64,000 nucleotides of DNA from SAR324 cluster bacterium (GCA_015232315.1 JADFZZ010000006.1:94600-158599), one strand, 5' to 3'; positions 27,541-38,250 are shown, counted from the stretch's first letter. Numbers and translations: made by a program. Notes: generated by a model not told the origin, from the letters alone.

Positions 27541-28305
27541 TCAATGGGTTTGAGCAGAACCTGGATGATTGATCATACTGGCAGCATATCCCGCTCCAAA
27601 TCCATTGTCGATATTAACAACCATGACTCCGGGAGCACAACTGTTCAGCATGGCTAATAATGCGGCAATTCCTCCAGTGCCAGTGCCATATCCAATAGAG
27701 GTTGGAACGGCAATCACTGGACATGAAACCAATCCCCCCACAACACTGGGTAAGGCTCCATCCATTCCAGCAACCACAATAATTACCTTTGCCTGATTTA
27801 TAAAATGCATCTGGTCAATCAGGCGATGAATTCCTGCGACACCAACATCAGCGATGATCTCAGTTTTATTTCCCATGATTCGGGCCGTTTCAAGAGCCTC
27901 TTCAGCTACTGGTAAATCAGAAGTTCCGGCTGTTAAAATCAGAATATTTCCGTGGTTAGATTCATGACGACCTTGTATCAGCGATAATGTTTGGGCAACA
28001 GAATTATAGTGTCCTGAAATATTCTGCTTTTTGAGATTCTCCCATTTTTCAGGGGCTAACCGGGTGACAAGCACTTTCATATGAACAGCGCAATGGGCCT
28101 TCAAAATTTTCGTAAGTTGATCGACAGTTTTGTCTTTGGCATAAATCACTTCGGGAAAACCTTTCCGCAGTTCACGCCCATGGTCCAGTTTTGCAAATCC
28201 CAGGTTTTGGTAGCTCATAGACTGGACCTTGTCTAACGCGTCAACAGGCTCGATTTGCTGGTGTTTTATGGCTTCAAAAAGTTCTAGCCAGGATGTTTGC
28301 TTCAT
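27541..28305 (-). CDS. larB: Nickel-pincer cofactor biosynthesis carboxylase LarB (PurE-like)
   Basis: LDHGRELRKGFPEVIY, AGTSDLPVAEEA, DVGVAGIHRL, AGMDGALPSVVGGL, PTSIGYG, VNIDNGFGA. Confidence 0.93.
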   Translation of the reverse strand: MKQTSWLELFEAIKHQQIEPVDALDKVQSMSYQNLGFAKLDHGRELRKGFPEVIYAKDKTVDQLTKILKAHCAVHMKVLVTRLAPEKWENLKKQNISGHYNSVAQTLSLIQGRHESNHGNILILTAGTSDLPVAEEALETARIMGNKTEIIADVGVAGIHRLIDQMHFINQAKVIIVVAGMDGALPSVVGGLVSCPVIAVPTSIGYGTGTGGIAALLAMLNSCAPGVMVVNIDNGFGAGYAASMINHPGSAQTH

Positions 28306-28308
28306 ACC

Positions 28309-29310
28309 TTAAATTGTTTGAGAAATTTCATGTTCCATTTCAGCAATAAACTCCAAATCTTCAGGTTTCGGATGGTGTCGCCAACGTCGATGAAACCAGG
28401 CCCATTGAGATGGATTTTTTTTGATTAAAGATTCCATGTGCTGATTTAATTTATAAGTTAATTGATAAATATTGGATTTTTGTGGAGAACGGATCACCGG
28501 GATACGGCCATAACGTTCAAAATGCAGATGAAAGGTCCCATCAGGTTGCCGTAAAATGGTGTAACTCACTATCACAGAACCATATCTGAGTGCGAGGGAC
28601 GAGACACTGATCGGTGTTTGCGCAGGTCGTCCAAAAAAAGGAATAAACATGCTGGGAACATTGGTGTCCTGATCAATGGCAACCAGAAAAATTTCTTTGT
28701 TTTTAAAACATTCCAGAATGGATTTGATGGTATTGTCAGCCCCCCGTGGAATCAATTGGATATTTTGCCTTCCTCTTGATTGCTGGAGTTTTGTGTTGAT
28801 CCGTTCATCCGGATAATTGGTAGTGGCCGCTTTGGCGGGGTATCCCTTCTGGATCAGATAGGGAACAATCAACTCCCAGTTGCCCATATGCATGGCAAGC
28901 AATACAACCCCCTGTTGTTCTGCATAGGCCTGATCCAGAACTTCAGGATTATCCACATGAATGTATTGATCAACTTTGTGAATCAATTGTTCAATAGCAA
29001 AAAACTCCAGCATGCCCTGCCCAAAATGCATAAAGCAATCTTTGGTGCATTGTCGGATCTGTTCGCTCGAGAGTTCCGGGAAAACCAGAGAAAGTTGTTT
29101 CTCAGCAATTCCACGATCTTTTTTGAGCAGAATGAAAGCCAACAAACCAATTATTTTCCCGGCTTTCTGGAGTGTTTTCAGTGAATATGTATTTCCGATT
29201 TTTTCAAAAAAACAAAAAAAGGCGAATTCAATATTTCTGCGGAACCGCAAAGTCCATTTGGGACGCTTCTTTTTGAACTGTTCATAGGAAACAGGGTTTG
29301 TTTCTGTCAT
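28309..29310 (-). CDS. lpxL: Lipid A late acyltransferase (LpxL/HtrB family)
   Basis: HMGNWE, IDQD, PFFGRPA, PSQWAWFHRRW. Confidence 0.88.
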   Translation of the reverse strand: MTETNPVSYEQFKKKRPKWTLRFRRNIEFAFFCFFEKIGNTYSLKTLQKAGKIIGLLAFILLKKDRGIAEKQLSLVFPELSSEQIRQCTKDCFMHFGQGMLEFFAIEQLIHKVDQYIHVDNPEVLDQAYAEQQGVVLLAMHMGNWELIVPYLIQKGYPAKAATTNYPDERINTKLQQSRGRQNIQLIPRGADNTIKSILECFKNKEIFLVAIDQDTNVPSMFIPFFGRPAQTPISVSSLALRYGSVIVSYTILRQPDGTFHLHFERYGRIPVIRSPQKSNIYQLTYKLNQHMESLIKKNPSQWAWFHRRWRHHPKPEDLEFIAEMEHEISQTI

Positions 29311-29317
29311 TGCAATA

Positions 29318-30700
29318 TCAGACCTTCAGTGTTTGAAGAATAAACGCTTTGATGGCGGATGCTTTCGCTGGCAATACACTAACCCTGGATTCCTTGTCAG
29401 TTAATTCTGCTAAAGATTCAGGCAGTTCAGGATTTTTTCCGATAGCTTGTGTGACAGCATCTCCAAATTTTGCAGGATGTGCTGTTGCCAGACAAATGAC
29501 AGGTCCTGATAACTGTATTTTTTTAGCGGCACAAATGCCTACGGCTGTGTGTGGGTCAACCAAATATTGATGGATTGAATATTCCTGTTTGATGGTTTCC
29601 AATGTTTCTATCTGACTGGCTCGTTCAGCAGTCATTTCATTGTTTGCTTTTTTGAGCCATGAGTCATCCAGCGTTAGTTTTCCAGTATCATGAAATGTGT
29701 TCATCCATGAATTCAATTGTTTGGAAGAGTTATTGCCCAGGTAATACAAGAATCTTTCAAAGTTGCTGGATATTTGAATATCCATAGAGGGACTCCAGGT
29801 TGGAACAACTGTGTCCGTATGATATTTTCCGGTGGTGAAAAGACGGTATAAAATATCATTCTGATTGGTTGCGACAATCAGTTTGTCAATGGGGAGGCCC
29901 ATTTTTTTTGCATAAAATCCTGCAAGAACATCACCAAAATTTCCTGTGGGGACAGAAAAATTAACAGGATCTCCGACGCGAGGCACTACTCGAAAATAAG
30001 CATAAAAATAATAAACAATTTGAGCCAGGATCCTGGCCCAGTTGATGGAATTGACCGCACCAAGATGATACGTTTGTTTGAAATCCTGATCATTGAACAA
30101 TGTTTTAACAATGTTTTGTGCGTCATCGAAAGTGCCTTCAACAGCAATATTGTGAATATTTTTATCCAGGACAGTTGTCATCTGTTTTTCCTGAATCAGA
30201 CTCACTCTTCCTTGGGGATGAAGCATGAAGACTTCAATATTTTTTTTACCTCTTAAGCCGTAAATGGCCGCACTGCCAGTGTCGCCAGAGGTCGCACCAA
30301 GGACCGTCAGTTGATGGGCTCGTTTTTCCAGAAAATATTCAAACAGGTTGCCTAAAAATTGTAAGGCAACGTCTTTGAACGCAAAGGTGGGGCCATGAAA
30401 CAATTCCAGAATCCATAGTGAGCCTGACTGCCGAACGGGTGTGATCTCAGCGTGGCGGAAAGACTGATAACTTTTCTGGATCATGAGCTTGAGTGTTGCT
30501 GAATCAATTTCATCTTCGATAAACATGCCAAGAATTTTGTGGCTTAATTCGGCAAAAGAAAGTGACTTGAGTGCTTGGAGTTGATCAACAAATGGAATTT
30601 CAGATGGAATGATAAGTCCACCATCATCCGCCAGACCTGTCATTACGGCATCTTCAAAAGATAAATTCTTTACCTGACCACGAGTGCTTAGATATTTCAT
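29318..30700 (-). CDS. thrC: Threonine synthase
   Basis: MKYLSTRG, ELFHGPTFAFKD (PLP Lys), ATSGDTG, NSINWARI, PTGNFG, TAHPAKF. Confidence 0.97.
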   Translation of the reverse strand: MKYLSTRGQVKNLSFEDAVMTGLADDGGLIIPSEIPFVDQLQALKSLSFAELSHKILGMFIEDEIDSATLKLMIQKSYQSFRHAEITPVRQSGSLWILELFHGPTFAFKDVALQFLGNLFEYFLEKRAHQLTVLGATSGDTGSAAIYGLRGKKNIEVFMLHPQGRVSLIQEKQMTTVLDKNIHNIAVEGTFDDAQNIVKTLFNDQDFKQTYHLGAVNSINWARILAQIVYYFYAYFRVVPRVGDPVNFSVPTGNFGDVLAGFYAKKMGLPIDKLIVATNQNDILYRLFTTGKYHTDTVVPTWSPSMDIQISSNFERFLYYLGNNSSKQLNSWMNTFHDTGKLTLDDSWLKKANNEMTAERASQIETLETIKQEYSIHQYLVDPHTAVGICAAKKIQLSGPVICLATAHPAKFGDAVTQAIGKNPELPESLAELTDKESRVSVLPAKASAIKAFILQTLKV

Positions 30701-30876
30701 TTGCTCCTTTTATCAAAAAGATGATCAATGAATCAAAACGGTTTGTTGTTAACCAGAGCGTTGGGAAAAGTCCAGTTCAACCCTGATATTCATGGGAGAA
30801 GGTACGTAAATAGCCTTGAAACATCTCTGAGGATACCTATGATTTATCAAAATATTGACGTATTATCGGAGATTAC

Positions 30877-31434
30877 ATGCAATTTAGTTCATTAATATTA
30901 AAACTCTTTTTGCTGATTATCGGAGTAGTCGGTGCTGTCAGTGGCACCTATGCGGCATTTCCTGTAATGCCAGAAATTCAGGCCTACCACAGTTGGGGAA
31001 CTCGAAACAGCAATTACAGTTCAATCGCGGCTGGAATATCGCTTTTTTTATCAACAAATTATGCTTCGGCAGACCGAACACTCCATATTCTGAAAATTAC
31101 AGTTCCTGCTGACGTAGCGGATGTGAATATGAGGGTTGGCGGCTGGTTTATGGATTCTGAAGGCAATGGCGTTGAACTTGGAATACATGACCAATGGCAC
31201 AAATCGGGTGAAACACGTGGTGCATCTCTTTCTCTCAGGCACATTCGCTGGGACAAAACCCATATAGGTGCATCACCCCTGGGAAAAACAACGGCAAACA
31301 TGATTCATCTGGGATGGAGTTCAGGAAAGACAGTCATGAGTTTTCTGTTTGGAATTGATTTTGTCTCAATCAATACGCCCAACGATTCGTTTGCGGAAGC
31401 TCAATTTATGGCAGGAGCCCGAACCGCCTTTTGA
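30877..31434 (+). CDS. Exported hypothetical protein, possible small outer-membrane beta-barrel
   Basis: GGAG RBS, signal peptide, alternating amphipathic beta strands, C-terminal Phe (ARTAF). Confidence 0.5.
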   Translation: MQFSSLILKLFLLIIGVVGAVSGTYAAFPVMPEIQAYHSWGTRNSNYSSIAAGISLFLSTNYASADRTLHILKITVPADVADVNMRVGGWFMDSEGNGVELGIHDQWHKSGETRGASLSLRHIRWDKTHIGASPLGKTTANMIHLGWSSGKTVMSFLFGIDFVSINTPNDSFAEAQFMAGARTAF

Positions 31435-33858
31435 TCACGGAATAAACGGTACAAAGGATTTGAGTCTCGCTTGTTCATCTTTACTCAAAATATGATCTGA
31501 TCGTAAAACATCAATTATTTTTTCATGCTCTCTGTGTCCCATTACATCCACTCCATCATATCCAAGCATCACTCGTATTAATCGTCGGTAAATATTTTTA
31601 GGGGTTTCAAGCATTCTTTGCGTGAACCGGATGAAGGGTTCGGCGTTTCTTGGAATATCAAAAGATTGATTTGAATCATCAAAATGATATTTTTGTCCAT
31701 GAGAATCAAAATATCCATAGGGCATGAATTTCATTTGTAAAAAGTTCATGATAAGATCTCTGGCATCCTGACTGCTAAGAACTTCCTCGAGATAATCCTG
31801 TTCTGATTCTGTGGAGTTAGGATCAAATGCTGATTCCAAGCGTTCCATATAGTCAACCACAACATGGGGTTGTTCAAGAACTTTCAATAACGCCAGCGAG
31901 CGTTCTGAGCCTATCTTGGAGCATGCATCTTTAAGCCGACGCATCACATCGGAGATAAAGGGTTCAAAGCTTGCGCCTGTTGTTTTCTTTGTTAATTCAA
32001 CAATTGATGGTGAGGCGAAAGCGTCTTGGACAACGGCGGTCTGTGCGGCCGCGACCTGTTTTTGTGAGGATTCAAATGCTGCGGCGAGTTTAGTTTTTTC
32101 CTGTAACTCATTCAATCGGAGACTTATCTGATCCTGGATTTGTGACATTTGCGTGTGTAATTCTTCACAAAACATTTTTTCTTTTTTTGAATTATCCAAC
32201 AAAACATTATCAATAAACCAATCAAGATCAGAGGCCATGTTGCTAATTTTTTTAAGCAAAGGATCTGGTGCAGTGGAGTGTTCTTTCAAAATTTGGCTGA
32301 CAGATTCAATAAATAGAGATGGTGTGCTGGTTGATTTATAGCATGCCAGGACTTTCTGATAGACAATAAAAATAGTTTTGATGGCTTCAGTCATCAAGGA
32401 AAAGCTACTGGTAACATTTCCGAGTGCGATGCAGGCAGAAGTGAGTTCTGCCTGATCTTCGTAAGCTTCTCGAAGTAATTTTCTGCTGGTGGTGGGTGAC
32501 AGGGACATGATATTGTCCAGATTTTTGATGGTACCAATAATTTTTTCATCATAATGGTTAATATCTTCACCTGCCTGCTCCAGAATTTTCAAATCATTGA
32601 GGAGTCCATTCTCAATATTTTTCTGGAACAGACCTGCCTGACAAATCACTTGTTGCAATTTTTGAATGTGTTCTTTTCTTGAATCAAAAACATTCAGACT
32701 TTTTCTGAGCAGTCCATGGATGACTGTAAGTGCCTTATTTAAAAAATCGGGTAACAATTGAGACGTCGTGGAAAGTTGATACACTTTTCCGAAAGATATG
32801 GACAAATTGTGAAGCAGTAACGCCATTTTCCTTAAATCATTGTCCATCGAAGAGAGTGTTAAAACAAAAAATTGCAAAAGTTTCATCTCTCTAGTAACTT
32901 GTCGTAAAAATTGCTCGACAACCGATTCTGGTTCTTTTGAACGGGCTTGGGATAATTCAACCAGAATATCTGAACGTTCACGAAGAAATCTCACGGACTC
33001 CAGTGGAATATAATATTCACGGAAACGGATCCATAGTTCTTCCAAGGTTTCTTTTTTGAGATGAATGCTATGCCGCAGTAAAGAATTAGATGATTCTGAT
33101 TCATAGGTGCTGATTTTTAATTCAAGCTTGCCAAGAGTCATAAAAACATCAGAAACATTGGTTGGTACAATTTCTTGTGCAGATTGTTGTTTTAATACTC
33201 CTGAAAAATATTGTTGCTGTATCCTGGTCAGAGTTTGAACTTCCTTGAAGTATTTCTGGATATTTTGCAAATCGTTCAATGAAAATGTGTAATTACTTTT
33301 GCTCCATTGGGTTTGCTTCATGAGTTGACTGCAAAGCTGTTGAATGCTGTTACATAAACCCAGTATGGTCGTCTTTTGGGCAATCGTGATGCTCACAGGA
33401 AGTGAAAGATAGGTAAACAGGTTTTTTCGCTCAAGATTATCTTTTATGATCTGGGCTTCCTGACCCGATTGTTTAATTTTTTGTAAAATACTGATTCCTT
33501 CTGGAAAAACATGGCTGATTCCGTATTCGACATGAAAATTAATGCTGTATATCAGATTTTCGATATTTTTTATCAACGATAAAAAAAAATCTGATTGAAG
33601 CTCAAAATGTCGTGGAGTTCGACATTTTTCGTTGATTTCATTCATGAGTTTATTGATCTGATCCAATGCCATTGCAATGTGTGTCTGGTCATCTTGATGC
33701 AAGACACACAAAGTTGGTTCCAGAATGTTTTTTACAAAGTTATTGATTTCAAGAACTTGATGTTGCGCTTGTTGAATGGGAAAGATTGTCTGTTTATTTT
33801 CTCTGATAACAGACTGCATATTTTTTAAACGATTCAAGACTTCAAAATTATCAGACAC
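31435..33858 (-). CDS. Large all-alpha/coiled-coil hypothetical protein (807 aa)
   Basis: Long uninterrupted ORF with AGAGGG RBS before GTG. L/Q/E/K-rich; no motif recognised. Confidence 0.7.
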   Translation of the reverse strand: MSDNFEVLNRLKNMQSVIRENKQTIFPIQQAQHQVLEINNFVKNILEPTLCVLHQDDQTHIAMALDQINKLMNEINEKCRTPRHFELQSDFFLSLIKNIENLIYSINFHVEYGISHVFPEGISILQKIKQSGQEAQIIKDNLERKNLFTYLSLPVSITIAQKTTILGLCNSIQQLCSQLMKQTQWSKSNYTFSLNDLQNIQKYFKEVQTLTRIQQQYFSGVLKQQSAQEIVPTNVSDVFMTLGKLELKISTYESESSNSLLRHSIHLKKETLEELWIRFREYYIPLESVRFLRERSDILVELSQARSKEPESVVEQFLRQVTREMKLLQFFVLTLSSMDNDLRKMALLLHNLSISFGKVYQLSTTSQLLPDFLNKALTVIHGLLRKSLNVFDSRKEHIQKLQQVICQAGLFQKNIENGLLNDLKILEQAGEDINHYDEKIIGTIKNLDNIMSLSPTTSRKLLREAYEDQAELTSACIALGNVTSSFSLMTEAIKTIFIVYQKVLACYKSTSTPSLFIESVSQILKEHSTAPDPLLKKISNMASDLDWFIDNVLLDNSKKEKMFCEELHTQMSQIQDQISLRLNELQEKTKLAAAFESSQKQVAAAQTAVVQDAFASPSIVELTKKTTGASFEPFISDVMRRLKDACSKIGSERSLALLKVLEQPHVVVDYMERLESAFDPNSTESEQDYLEEVLSSQDARDLIMNFLQMKFMPYGYFDSHGQKYHFDDSNQSFDIPRNAEPFIRFTQRMLETPKNIYRRLIRVMLGYDGVDVMGHREHEKIIDVLRSDHILSKDEQARLKSFVPFIP

Positions 33859-33916
33859 AATCCCTCTTTTTATATATTTTGATCAATCCAGCCTTTAAGA
33901 GCATGGAGACTATTGT

Positions 33917-35869
33917 ATGAAGACCTTATTAGATAATCTGACAACTCCCCAGGAAATTCAACAATTTACTATTGATGAACTGGAACAGTTGGCTTACGAA
34001 TGTCGACAACGTATCGTGGAAGTTACCAGTAAACAAGGCGGACATCTGGCATCATCCCTAGGCGCACTTGAAATTACGGTTGCCTTGTTCAAATTGTTTG
34101 ATTTTAGATTCGACCGTGTTGTCTGGGATGTTGGACATCAAGCCTATGCACATAAATTATTAACAGGCAGGCATAAAAATTTTGATAGCCTTACTCAAAA
34201 AGGAGGTATCAAAAAATTTCTATCTTCTCAAGAAAGTCCTTATGATCATTTTGGAGCCGGGCATGCTTCCACCTCGATTTCAGCCGCCTTAGGCATGGCG
34301 ATTGGTCGGGATCTGAAAAACGAAAAACATCATGTAATCGCAATAATCGGGGATGGTTCATTAACTGGCGGATTAGCCTTTGAAGCCTTGAATCATAACG
34401 GCTATCTCGGAAAAAACCTCATCATTATTATCAATGACAATGGTATCAGTATTGACCCAAATGTTGGAGCGCTTTCCAAAGTGATTACCAATCTGACCTC
34501 ATCACATCCTTATAATAATTTTCGTAACACCGTTTGGGAGTTTACAGGCAAGATTCCCTTTTCAGGAATTGTTCGGGGAGGATTGCATAAGTTTATAGCC
34601 TCATTAAAAACATTTTTAACGCCAGGTACTTTATTTGAACAATTGGGGTGGCGGTATTTTGGTCCGGTTGATGGACATAACCTGCATGATCTGCTTGAAA
34701 TACTGTCCAGGGCTAAAGAATTGGAAGGTCCGATTGTGATTCATGTGCTCACAAAAAAAGGAAAAGGGTATCTGTTTTCTGAACAGGATGCGTATAAGTA
34801 TCATGGTGTGACTCCGTTTGTACCTGAGAGTGGAGAGTTTATAAAGAAAGCCACTGCGAATACCAGTGAAAAAAGCTATACGGAAATATTTGCTCAAAAA
34901 CTGGATGAGATCATGGCGGAAGATGAACTGGTTGTTGCAATCAGTGCCGCAATGATGAGCGGGACTGGTATTAGAGGTCTCCAGGAAAAATATCCTGACC
35001 GAATTTTGGATGTCGGCATTGCTGAAGGTCATGCCGTGACCTCTGCCGCAGGAATGGCTACAAAGGGCATCAAACCTTTTGTGACGATTTATTCAACTTT
35101 TTTGCAACGGGCCTTTGATCATATCATTCATGATGTAGCCCTTCAGCAGTTACCTGTCAAATTCATGCTTGATCGCGCAGGACTGGTAGGCGCGGATGGT
35201 CCGACTCATCATGGGGTGTATGATTTGACATATTTACGCATGATGCCTTCCATGGTGATTATGGTTCCCAAAAATGGTGCTGAACTGCGTTTGATGATCG
35301 ATTTTGCTTATCATTATTCACAGGGACCGATCGCATTGAGATACCCTAGAGGTAGTTCTGATGAACTGGATGAAAGTCTATGCGCCCCCATTGAACTGGG
35401 ATGTTCGGAAATCATTAAGCAGGGATCCGATATTGCAATTTTTGCAGCGGGTACAATGGTTCAGAATGCCATAGATGTTGCTCAACTTTTGGAGGAACAA
35501 GGATATATGGCCGCAGTCATCAACATCCGTTTTGTGAAACCTCTGGATGTGAATATGGTCAAAAAATTTGCCTCAGAAACAAAACTGGTTGTGAGCCTGG
35601 AAGAAAATTCTGCAATTGGTGGGATGGGAAGCGCGATTCTGGAATGTTTGTCAGAAAACAATATATTGGTTGATTCTCTGGTTTTAGGCGTGCCAGACAA
35701 TTTTATCAGTCAGGGAACACAATCTCAGCAAAGAGAAGAGTGTGGCCTTGATGTTGCGAATATTTTGTCATCAATTCTTGGTAAAATCGAGCACTCGGCA
35801 AAATTTGAAAAGAAAAAGACCAAACCTCTAAAAAAAACTATGATTGTTCATGATCCGATTTTGAATTGA
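33917..35869 (+). CDS. dxs: 1-deoxy-D-xylulose-5-phosphate synthase
   Basis: [62 protein letters not shown]. Confidence 0.98.
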   Translation: MKTLLDNLTTPQEIQQFTIDELEQLAYECRQRIVEVTSKQGGHLASSLGALEITVALFKLFDFRFDRVVWDVGHQAYAHKLLTGRHKNFDSLTQKGGIKKFLSSQESPYDHFGAGHASTSISAALGMAIGRDLKNEKHHVIAIIGDGSLTGGLAFEALNHNGYLGKNLIIIINDNGISIDPNVGALSKVITNLTSSHPYNNFRNTVWEFTGKIPFSGIVRGGLHKFIASLKTFLTPGTLFEQLGWRYFGPVDGHNLHDLLEILSRAKELEGPIVIHVLTKKGKGYLFSEQDAYKYHGVTPFVPESGEFIKKATANTSEKSYTEIFAQKLDEIMAEDELVVAISAAMMSGTGIRGLQEKYPDRILDVGIAEGHAVTSAAGMATKGIKPFVTIYSTFLQRAFDHIIHDVALQQLPVKFMLDRAGLVGADGPTHHGVYDLTYLRMMPSMVIMVPKNGAELRLMIDFAYHYSQGPIALRYPRGSSDELDESLCAPIELGCSEIIKQGSDIAIFAAGTMVQNAIDVAQLLEEQGYMAAVINIRFVKPLDVNMVKKFASETKLVVSLEENSAIGGMGSAILECLSENNILVDSLVLGVPDNFISQGTQSQQREECGLDVANILSSILGKIEHSAKFEKKKTKPLKKTMIVHDPILN

Positions 35870-37524
35870 GAAACAGATGATATCAGCGCACTTGTGTTTT
35901 CCTGTAATCCCTGAACAGAAAGATCTTGTGCTTCAACAATGGCTTTAATGTCTTTAGTAGAGCTTGCGTTAGTGGAGGACAATTTTCTCAATAAAGTGAT
36001 TTCATTGAAGGTTTCATGCACCAGTGTGCTTTGTTCTTTGGCCGCTTGGGTGATTTGAGCCACACTTTCAGTGGACGCATGTACCAGTTCACTCACTTCA
36101 TTGAGTATGCTTTGGACATTTTTGACAGCCTCATCGCCATCATGCACCCTGTCGACACTTTCTGTAATTAATCCCTGAATATTTACAGTGGCGTTGGTTG
36201 AACGTTCAGCCAGTTCTCTCACATGCTGAGCCACAACAGCAAATCCCTTTCCATGTTCGCCTGCCTTGGCCGCTTCAATAGCCGCATTCAATGATAACAG
36301 ATTTGTCTGTTTGGCGATGCCACGGATATCACCAAGAATCCCACCGATTTTTTTAGTACTGTCATTGATTCTGTGCATGCTCTCAACCATGTTATTCATG
36401 CTCTCAACACCAGTTCCCACAAGATCTTCCATTTCTCTGGAGCGCCGAGAAGTCACCGCCGCGTTTTCAGCAATTGCTGCACTGGCAATATCTAGTTGTG
36501 TAATTTGCTGGTTGACACGTTCTGTACTTTGATCCGAACTATCAAGGCTTGCTGCAATTTCCTGTGTGGAGACAAGCATACGGTTGGATGACTGGACAAG
36601 GTCTGTGGTTGATCGGTTAACCATGGATGTAATTTCAGCAATGGCTCTGACAATATCATATACCTGACGAAGAAATCGATTCAGATAGACGCTGATATTT
36701 CCTATTTCATCCCGTGTTTCGACATAAAGCCTTCTGGTCAGGTCTCCCTCACCTGAGGATATTCCGGATAAAGCCCGGGAAAGTTGTTGAACAGGAATAA
36801 TCAACATTTTGAGTGTTTCATACAGACAATAGGAGAATACGGACATCAACATGGCAAATGCGCAAAAAAGACGCATGAAAATCAATTGGGCAGAATTATC
36901 TGAAATGCTGACAAGATATGCGGCATCAATCATGTAAAGAATGGAGAATCCTAACGGTAGAATCGTGTTTAAAACCATTCGTTTCGTTAACGAACCATAG
37001 TTGATTTCTGTATACTGCCGAACCATTTTTTCAACATTGACGTACCCTAAAAGAATCATGAAGTATGTAAGCGTTACCATATGAGCCGGAACAGAGAAGG
37101 CTATTTCAATGGTGAGCAGACCTCTGAGTTGTAAGAGTCCTACCATTGTGATAATGCCCATAACCAGGAATATGCTCACCGTTTTTACAACTTTTGAAGG
37201 AACTTGATAAATGTTTTCAGGAGTCAACTTACGGAACACCGCAAAATACAGAACAATATTCATAAGTAAAATCATGGTGGGGCCTGAAAAAAACCATGCG
37301 CTCCACAAAGATTGGGTATCAGGACCAAAAAAATCACCACGTAAAAAGGCGGCCAGAATTTTTTGTGAGAGCGCAAAACTGGAAAGCGTTCCAAACACCG
37401 GCATCACATACACGGTACCAATAAAAAATTTCCATTGGATCGCAGATGCCAGTTCGTATTTTCTTCTCGAAAAAAACCAGGCACCCATGGCCAGGGTTAA
37501 AAATAGAATGATTAAATGCTTCAT
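35848..37524 (-). CDS. Methyl-accepting chemotaxis protein with multi-TM N-terminus
   Basis: [30 protein letters not shown] hairpin tip; HAMP segment GDLTRRL...DEIG; several N-terminal TM helices. Confidence 0.93.
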   Translation of the reverse strand: MKHLIILFLTLAMGAWFFSRRKYELASAIQWKFFIGTVYVMPVFGTLSSFALSQKILAAFLRGDFFGPDTQSLWSAWFFSGPTMILLMNIVLYFAVFRKLTPENIYQVPSKVVKTVSIFLVMGIITMVGLLQLRGLLTIEIAFSVPAHMVTLTYFMILLGYVNVEKMVRQYTEINYGSLTKRMVLNTILPLGFSILYMIDAAYLVSISDNSAQLIFMRLFCAFAMLMSVFSYCLYETLKMLIIPVQQLSRALSGISSGEGDLTRRLYVETRDEIGNISVYLNRFLRQVYDIVRAIAEITSMVNRSTTDLVQSSNRMLVSTQEIAASLDSSDQSTERVNQQITQLDIASAAIAENAAVTSRRSREMEDLVGTGVESMNNMVESMHRINDSTKKIGGILGDIRGIAKQTNLLSLNAAIEAAKAGEHGKGFAVVAQHVRELAERSTNATVNIQGLITESVDRVHDGDEAVKNVQSILNEVSELVHASTESVAQITQAAKEQSTLVHETFNEITLLRKLSSTNASSTKDIKAIVEAQDLSVQGLQENTSALISSVSQFKIGS

Positions 37525-37569
37525 AGCAGGACTCCTGTTTCCTGGAGATAGTTAGTCAATTTACTGTTG

Positions 37570-37585
37570 TGTGATGTTCTTCAAA
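37570..37585. promoter_or_regulatory. Candidate CRP/FNR-family binding site
   Basis: TGTGA-TGTTCT-TCAAA matches TGTGA-N6-TCACA at 9/10 positions, about 45 bp upstream of the MCP start. Confidence 0.3.
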
Positions 37586-37694
37586 TCGCATACCAAATTC
37601 TATCAATTCCCACAACTGATTTGCCAGAATAAAATCAGAATTATTGTTTATTTCATGAAAATGCTCTGAATCAGTATCATCCCAATAAATGCGC

Positions 37695-37723
37695 TTGAAA
37701 TGTTATTCTCTTATCTTTATGGT
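37695..37723 (+). promoter_or_regulatory. Sigma70-type promoter
   Basis: TTGAAA (37695-37700), 17 bp spacer, TATGGT (37718-37723), immediately before a GC-richer structured segment. Confidence 0.5.
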
Positions 37724-37729
37724 GCGCCA

Positions 37730-37890
37730 AGCCAAAGCTGACTGCTGGTTAGCTTGGGGTTTGGGCTGATACTTACTTGACGTTCCTTCATGCGATTTTC
37801 CTTGCCTGAAGGGAAATCGACAGAGTAAACAGCTTGCATTTCCTGGCCGGGGCAGACGCAGGTCAATTTAACCAGATTTCTCCGAAGCTC
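37730..37890 (+). ncRNA. Structured RNA candidate (6S-RNA-like rod or cis-regulatory leader of zapB)
   Basis: Nested pairings CTGGTTA/TAACCAG, GCTG/CAGC and TTACT/AGTAA, with apical stem CGATTTTCCTT/AAGGGAAATCG. Follows a promoter and is adjacent to zapB. Confidence 0.4.
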
Positions 37891-37926
37891 CATTATTTTT
37901 TTAATTCTTAGCAAGGGAATATCGCT

Positions 37927-38250
37927 ATGTCGAACGATTTATTGGCAAAATTGGGAGAAAAAGTACAAAACGCTGTTGCAACCATTGAACAATTGAAATC
38001 AGAAATTGATGAATTGCGAGAGCGAAATAGTCAATTAGAAGCAGAAAAAGAAGAATGGGATAATAAGTTATCCGCTTTACTGGATCAGTTCGACAATCTG
38101 GATACTGACGAAGAAGAGTACGAAGAAGACGAAGAGGAAGAGTACGAAGAAGATGAAGATGACGAGGAATACGAGGGGGAAGAGGACGAGGAGGAGATCC
38201 TGGAAGAAGAGGATTCCGCAGAAGACACATATACCGAACGCTCAGCCTGA
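37927..38250 (+). CDS. zapB: Cell division protein ZapB-like coiled coil with acidic C-terminal tail
   Basis: LLAKLGEKVQNAVATIEQLKSEIDELRERN...WDNKLSALL matches the ZapB pattern (LE.KVQQA..TI..LQ.E..ELK..N...W...L..LL). Followed by about 50 mostly acidic residues. Confidence 0.75.
   Translation: MSNDLLAKLGEKVQNAVATIEQLKSEIDELRERNSQLEAEKEEWDNKLSALLDQFDNLDTDEEEYEEDEEEEYEEDEDDEEYEGEEDEEEILEEEDSAEDTYTERSA
38101..38226 (+). repeat. Purine-rich low-complexity tract encoding poly-Glu/Asp with EEYE repeats
   Basis: GAAGAGTACGAAGAAGA occurs twice, plus a degenerate GAGGAATACGAG. Confidence 0.8.

Noticed and set aside
37717..37914. 65-aa minus-strand ORF over the structured region; minus strand also reads ...GGCGCACCA like a tRNA/tmRNA 3' end
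   Set aside because: No protein features and no T-arm before the ACCA. The plus-strand promoter and RNA structure explain the region better.
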